A stretch of DNA of 64,000 nucleotides from an uncultured Gemmatimonadales bacterium (GTDB lineage Bacteria; Gemmatimonadota; Gemmatimonadetes; Gemmatimonadales; Gemmatimonadaceae). Each line of letters opens with the position of its first letter. Position 1 is the first letter of the stretch. Both the position numbers and the translations under genes were made by a program. Location of the stretch: the NCBI GenBank assembly GCA_963701965.1, contig OY969695.1:1152001-1216000 (forward strand). The letters are read 5' to 3'. Below, one piece after another: positions 60,465 to 64,000 of the stretch. Under the pieces are notes generated by a model that did not search any database, was not told the origin of the DNA, and saw only the letters and a program-made list of their open reading frames with translations.

Positions 60465-61217
60465 TCATCGGCTCGCCAATCCCCCAGCCGTCTCGCCGCC
60501 GTCGATGACGTACGTCTGGCCCGTGATGAACGCGGCTTCGTCGGAGGCCAGATAGGCTAGCAGTCCCGCGACTTCCCGGGGTTTCCCCTGACGGCGGAGC
60601 GGGATCTTGGCCTCGAGCTCCCGCATCATCTCCGGCGTGTACTCGGCTTCCTGCATGGGTGTCAGGATGTACCCCGGACACACGACGTTGACCCGCACCG
60701 CGGGTGCCAACTCCAACGCCATACTCTTCGTGAGCTCGATCAGACCAGCCTTGGACGCGTTGTAGTCCGCGTACCCGCGATAGCCGACCAGGCCGTTCGT
60801 CGAGCCCATGTTGAGGATCACGCCGCCGGACGCGGTCACCATGCGCCGGGCCGCCTCCTGCGCGACCACGAAGGCGCCGGTCAGGTTCACCGCGATCACG
60901 CGCTGCCACTCGTCGAGCGGCAGATCGAGAAAGGCGTGGCGCAACGAGATGCCAGCGTTATTGATCAGGACGTCTATGCCACGAGCTTGGGCGTCGAACT
61001 CGACAAACGCTCGCCTCACGGCCGCGGCGTCCGCCACGTCGGCTACCAGCGTCCCCTTTACGCCCGGCAACGCTCGCGCGAGCCGCTGGCAGGCCTCGGC
61101 GCGGCGGCCCAGCACCCACACCAGCGCGCCTTCTTCGACAAATCGCTCCGCGGTCGCGGCGCCGATGCCGCTCGTACCACCCGTGATCAGGACGCGCTTG
61201 CTGGTCAGCACCGGCAC
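60465..61217 (-). CDS. SDR oxidoreductase
   Basis: ITGGTSGIG, NNAG, YNASK, VCPG, IDGG. Confidence 0.92.
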   Translation of the reverse strand: MPVLTSKRVLITGGTSGIGAATAERFVEEGALVWVLGRRAEACQRLARALPGVKGTLVADVADAAAVRRAFVEFDAQARGIDVLINNAGISLRHAFLDLPLDEWQRVIAVNLTGAFVVAQEAARRMVTASGGVILNMGSTNGLVGYRGYADYNASKAGLIELTKSMALELAPAVRVNVVCPGYILTPMQEAEYTPEMMRELEAKIPLRRQGKPREVAGLLAYLASDEAAFITGQTYVIDGGETAGGLASR

Positions 61218-62164
61218 AGGACGGCGCGGAGGGTATCGTAGCCGACGTTGCCGCCACACAGCACGATCGCCACCGTGGCGCCGGCATATTGGGCCGCCGT
61301 CTGACGAAAGGCCGCGACCGCGACGCCGGCCGCGCCCTCGACGATCATCTGATGCTCGGCGACCATGAAGCGCATGGCGTCGGCGATCTCGTCTTCGCTC
61401 ACCAGCACACACTCATCGATGAGCGACCGGCAGAGATCGAGCGTGATGGCGCCGTCGTCGACCCCGCCCGCCGTCGCGTCGGAGAGCGTCGGTCGCTCCT
61501 CGGCCTCCACGATGCGGCCGGCGCGCATGCTCGCGTACATCGCGGTGGAGTTGGCCGGCCAGCAGCCGACGATACGCGTCCCCGGCTGCGCCGCCTCGAG
61601 GGCCGACGCCACGCCGGAGATCAATCCGCCGCCGCCCACCGCGACGAACACGGCATCGAGCGCGCCGCACTGGGCCGCGAGCTCGCGCCCCAACGTGCCC
61701 TGCCCGGCAATGATCGCGGGATCGTTGTACGGGGACACGTACGGACGTCCCTCCCGTTCGGCCCGCGCCCGCGCGTAGCGCTCGGTCGCGCCGCCTTCGT
61801 CGCCATAGAACTCGACGTCGATCGCGGAGAAGCGCCGGAGGGCCCGCACTTTGTTCTCGGGAGCGGACTGCGGCAGATACACGGTTCCCCGCGCGCCGAC
61901 CGCGGTCAGAGCCGTGGCCATCCCGCGGCCGTGGTTCCCCGTGGAAGCCGTGATCACACCCCGCGCTAATGCGTCGGGGCCGAGGGTGAGGATGCGATTG
62001 AGGGCACCGCGGAGCTTGAAGGAACCGGAGCGCTGGACCTGCTCGCACTTGAGCCACACGCGCGCGCCCACCGGGTCGCCCAGGGCCGGGCTTTCCTCGA
62101 CAGGCGTCTCGCGGATGTAGGGCCGGATCCGGTCCGCCGCTTCCTCAATCCACCGCGCGTACAC
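61205..62164 (-). CDS. PLP-dependent threonine/serine dehydratase
   Basis: KCEQVQRSGSFKLRG, ASTGNHG, VGGGGL, CGGN. Confidence 0.92.
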   Translation of the reverse strand: MYARWIEEAADRIRPYIRETPVEESPALGDPVGARVWLKCEQVQRSGSFKLRGALNRILTLGPDALARGVITASTGNHGRGMATALTAVGARGTVYLPQSAPENKVRALRRFSAIDVEFYGDEGGATERYARARAEREGRPYVSPYNDPAIIAGQGTLGRELAAQCGALDAVFVAVGGGGLISGVASALEAAQPGTRIVGCWPANSTAMYASMRAGRIVEAEERPTLSDATAGGVDDGAITLDLCRSLIDECVLVSEDEIADAMRFMVAEHQMIVEGAAGVAVAAFRQTAAQYAGATVAIVLCGGNVGYDTLRAVLCRC

Positions 62165-62184
62165 CCGCCAAAGCTAGCCGCGCG

Positions 62185-63414
62185 TCAGGCCTCGTTCACC
62201 TTGGTCAAAATCTCGCGCGCCCAGGACAGCGACTCCAGATAGACCTCCGACATCGCGCCCTGCTCCACGCCCGCTTCGGGCGACAGCCGCGCCATCGCAT
62301 CCCAGTGCCCCGTCTCGTATGCCTCCACGAGCTTGAGCGGGGCCGAATACGGACCGCCGGTGCCCAGCAGGGCCGACTTGATCTCAGCCACCAGGTCGAG
62401 CCGCGCCAAGAGGTCCTGCATCGGGAGCTTGAGCAGTGCGTCGAGCGTGGAGAAGAGTCCGACCATGAACAGCGCGCTGGCCTGCTGGCGCCGGCCCGTT
62501 TGCTCGGCGATCAACTCGCACGCCCGCGCCCGCATGACGGCCAGATGGACCAACTCGGCGTCGATGCCGCTGTCGCCGGCGAACGACGAGAGCAGAATCA
62601 ACGCCAGCCACCGGTGCAACGCCTGGCGGCCGATGAGCTGGACGGCGTAACGGATCGACTCGATCCCGCGCCCGCCCATGGCGGCAGAGTTCACGATCCG
62701 CAGGAGCTTGTGGCTCAACGCCGGATCGCCACGGAACGTGCCCTCGATCTCGGCGTCGCTCATCGCCGGATTCCGCACCTGATTGAGCAACTCCAACAGC
62801 GCCAGCTTGGAGACGGCAATGCCGCGATGGGCGATCATCTCTGGACGGCTATAGTAGTAGCCCTGGAACAGCGTGAATCCGAGCTCACGGCACGCGTCGC
62901 GCTGTTCCTTCGTCTCCACCCGCTCGGCGAGCAGCGTCGCGTGTTCGGCCCGGAGGGCGGCGACCGTCTCGGTCAACTCTTCGACCGAACGCCCCAAGAC
63001 ATTGACCTTGATGATCGATGCGAACGGCAGGAACGCGGTGCGACCGGGATCGATCTCGTAGTCGTCAAGCGCGATGGTATAGCCTTGGCCCCGCAGCTGC
63101 TCGCACGCATCCAGCGCGGCGGCGTCGACCGGCACCGTCTCCAGAATTTCCACGACGATGCGGCTGGCCGGCAACAGGTCGAACACGTGGTCGACCAGCA
63201 TCTCGCGGCTGAAATTGATAAACGCGCGGTGGGTGCCGGTGAGTCGGTCGAGCCCGACCCCCAGGATCGCTTTCACGATGACGTCCGCACTCATCGCGAG
63301 CGGCGTCTCACCGTCGGCCAGATTGCGCTGGGCATCCCGCCGATAGAGTAGCTCGTATCCGACGAGCTGGTCGCCCTGGTCGAAAATGGGCTGGCGGGCG
63401 AGAAAGATGTCCAT
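62185..63414 (-). CDS. EAL-HDOD domain protein (YuxH/PdeH-like)
   Basis: FLARQPIFD, YELLYR, AFINF, ALDDY, LAERVET, FQGYYY, then HDOD (GLFSTLDALL). Confidence 0.92.
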   Translation of the reverse strand: MDIFLARQPIFDQGDQLVGYELLYRRDAQRNLADGETPLAMSADVIVKAILGVGLDRLTGTHRAFINFSREMLVDHVFDLLPASRIVVEILETVPVDAAALDACEQLRGQGYTIALDDYEIDPGRTAFLPFASIIKVNVLGRSVEELTETVAALRAEHATLLAERVETKEQRDACRELGFTLFQGYYYSRPEMIAHRGIAVSKLALLELLNQVRNPAMSDAEIEGTFRGDPALSHKLLRIVNSAAMGGRGIESIRYAVQLIGRQALHRWLALILLSSFAGDSGIDAELVHLAVMRARACELIAEQTGRRQQASALFMVGLFSTLDALLKLPMQDLLARLDLVAEIKSALLGTGGPYSAPLKLVEAYETGHWDAMARLSPEAGVEQGAMSEVYLESLSWAREILTKVNEA

Positions 63415-63437
63415 AACCGAAAGACGACCCAGCAAGC

Positions 63438-63463
63438 AAAAAGGCGACGGGATCGTCGCCTTT
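63438..63463 (-). terminator. Intrinsic terminator of the tRNA operon
   Basis: Minus strand AAAGGCGACG-ATCC-CGTCGCC-TTTTT. Confidence 0.85.
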
Positions 63464-63472
63464 CTCACACGA

Positions 63473-63544
63473 AGCCGGCGCTCGGGATTGAACCGAGGAC
63501 CTTTCGATTACGAATCGAGTGCTCTACCACTGAGCTACGCCGGC
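63473..63544 (-). tRNA. tRNA-Thr(CGT)
   Basis: GCCGGCG acceptor stem, TTCGTAA anticodon loop, GTTCAA T-loop. Confidence 0.93.
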
Positions 63545-63545
63545 A

Positions 63546-63627
63546 TGCCCTGGCGCGGACTCGAACCGCGACGCCTTACGGCACCACCCCCTCAAGATGG
63601 CGTGTCTACCAATTTCACCACCAGGGC
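63546..63627 (-). tRNA. tRNA-Leu(GAG)
   Basis: GCCCTGG acceptor stem, TTGAGGG loop, long variable arm. Confidence 0.95.
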
Positions 63628-63637
63628 AACTACAGAA

Positions 63638-63712
63638 CGGGACTGACGGGGCTCGAACCCGCGACCTCCGGTGTGACAGACCGGCACTCTAACCAAGCTG
63701 AGCTACAGTCCC
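63638..63712 (-). tRNA. tRNA-Asp(GTC)
   Basis: GGGACTG acceptor stem, CTGTCAC loop. Confidence 0.95.
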
Positions 63713-63845
63713 AAAAAATTACTTCGTAATTTTTTGTGCCTTGTCCTATTTCAACGCAAGTCACGCGCTTTGCGCGTGGACTTGCTTGCGTGCTTCTCCA
63801 GCCCTAGGGTCTCCCCGACAACACTTTCAACAGCGCTTCCAACAA

Positions 63846-63917
63846 TAGCCCCAACGGGAATCGAACCCGTCTCTCCACCTTGAAAGGGTGACGTCCTAAC
63901 CGATAGACGATGAGGCC
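63846..63917 (-). tRNA. tRNA-Glu(TTC)
   Basis: GGCCTCA acceptor stem, CTTTCAA loop. Confidence 0.95.
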
Positions 63918-63918
63918 A

Positions 63919-63991
63919 TAGCGGTAACGGGATTCGAACCCGTGTTTGAGCCTTGAGAGGGCTCCGTCCTAGTCCCCTAGACGATACCGCC
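63919..63991 (-). tRNA. tRNA-Glu(CTC)
   Basis: GGCGGTA acceptor stem, CTCTCAA loop. Confidence 0.95.
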
Positions 63992-64000
63992 GTGACATCC

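Overview
High-GC bacterial chromosome segment. The ADOP-type duplicated permeases with an acidobacterial-type PadR, the Ser/Thr kinase-TolB-TPR protein and the style of integrase suggest Gemmatimonadota or a similar soil lineage (inference). 1-39.7 kb is an accessory-looking mosaic: MacB/ADOP permeases, copper proteins, two-component systems, two toxin-antitoxin pairs, amt, an Lrp-isochorismatase-MOSC-amidase-aldolase cluster, a di-heme peroxidase, and a translationally coupled gene pair encoding a striking Arg-block/acid-block repeat protein (9015-10321). 39.7-49.9 kb is a tandem array of two elements integrated at tRNA-Gly(CCC). It has two extra att copies that share a ~100 bp extension, a decayed tyrosine recombinase, a third toxin-antitoxin pair, and an intact IS21 with a 6-bp target duplication inserted into a HEPN-like ORF. 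50-64 kb is core-like: ppa, rpiB, pheA, a hybrid kinase, a DUF2946-like leader plus an outer-membrane protein, an S9 peptidase, an EAL-HDOD protein and a five-tRNA operon. Many genes, including ppa, carry single-base frameshifts, so some pseudogene calls are probably sequencing indels. No CRISPR array or rRNA was seen. All family calls are from motif recognition, not database searches.
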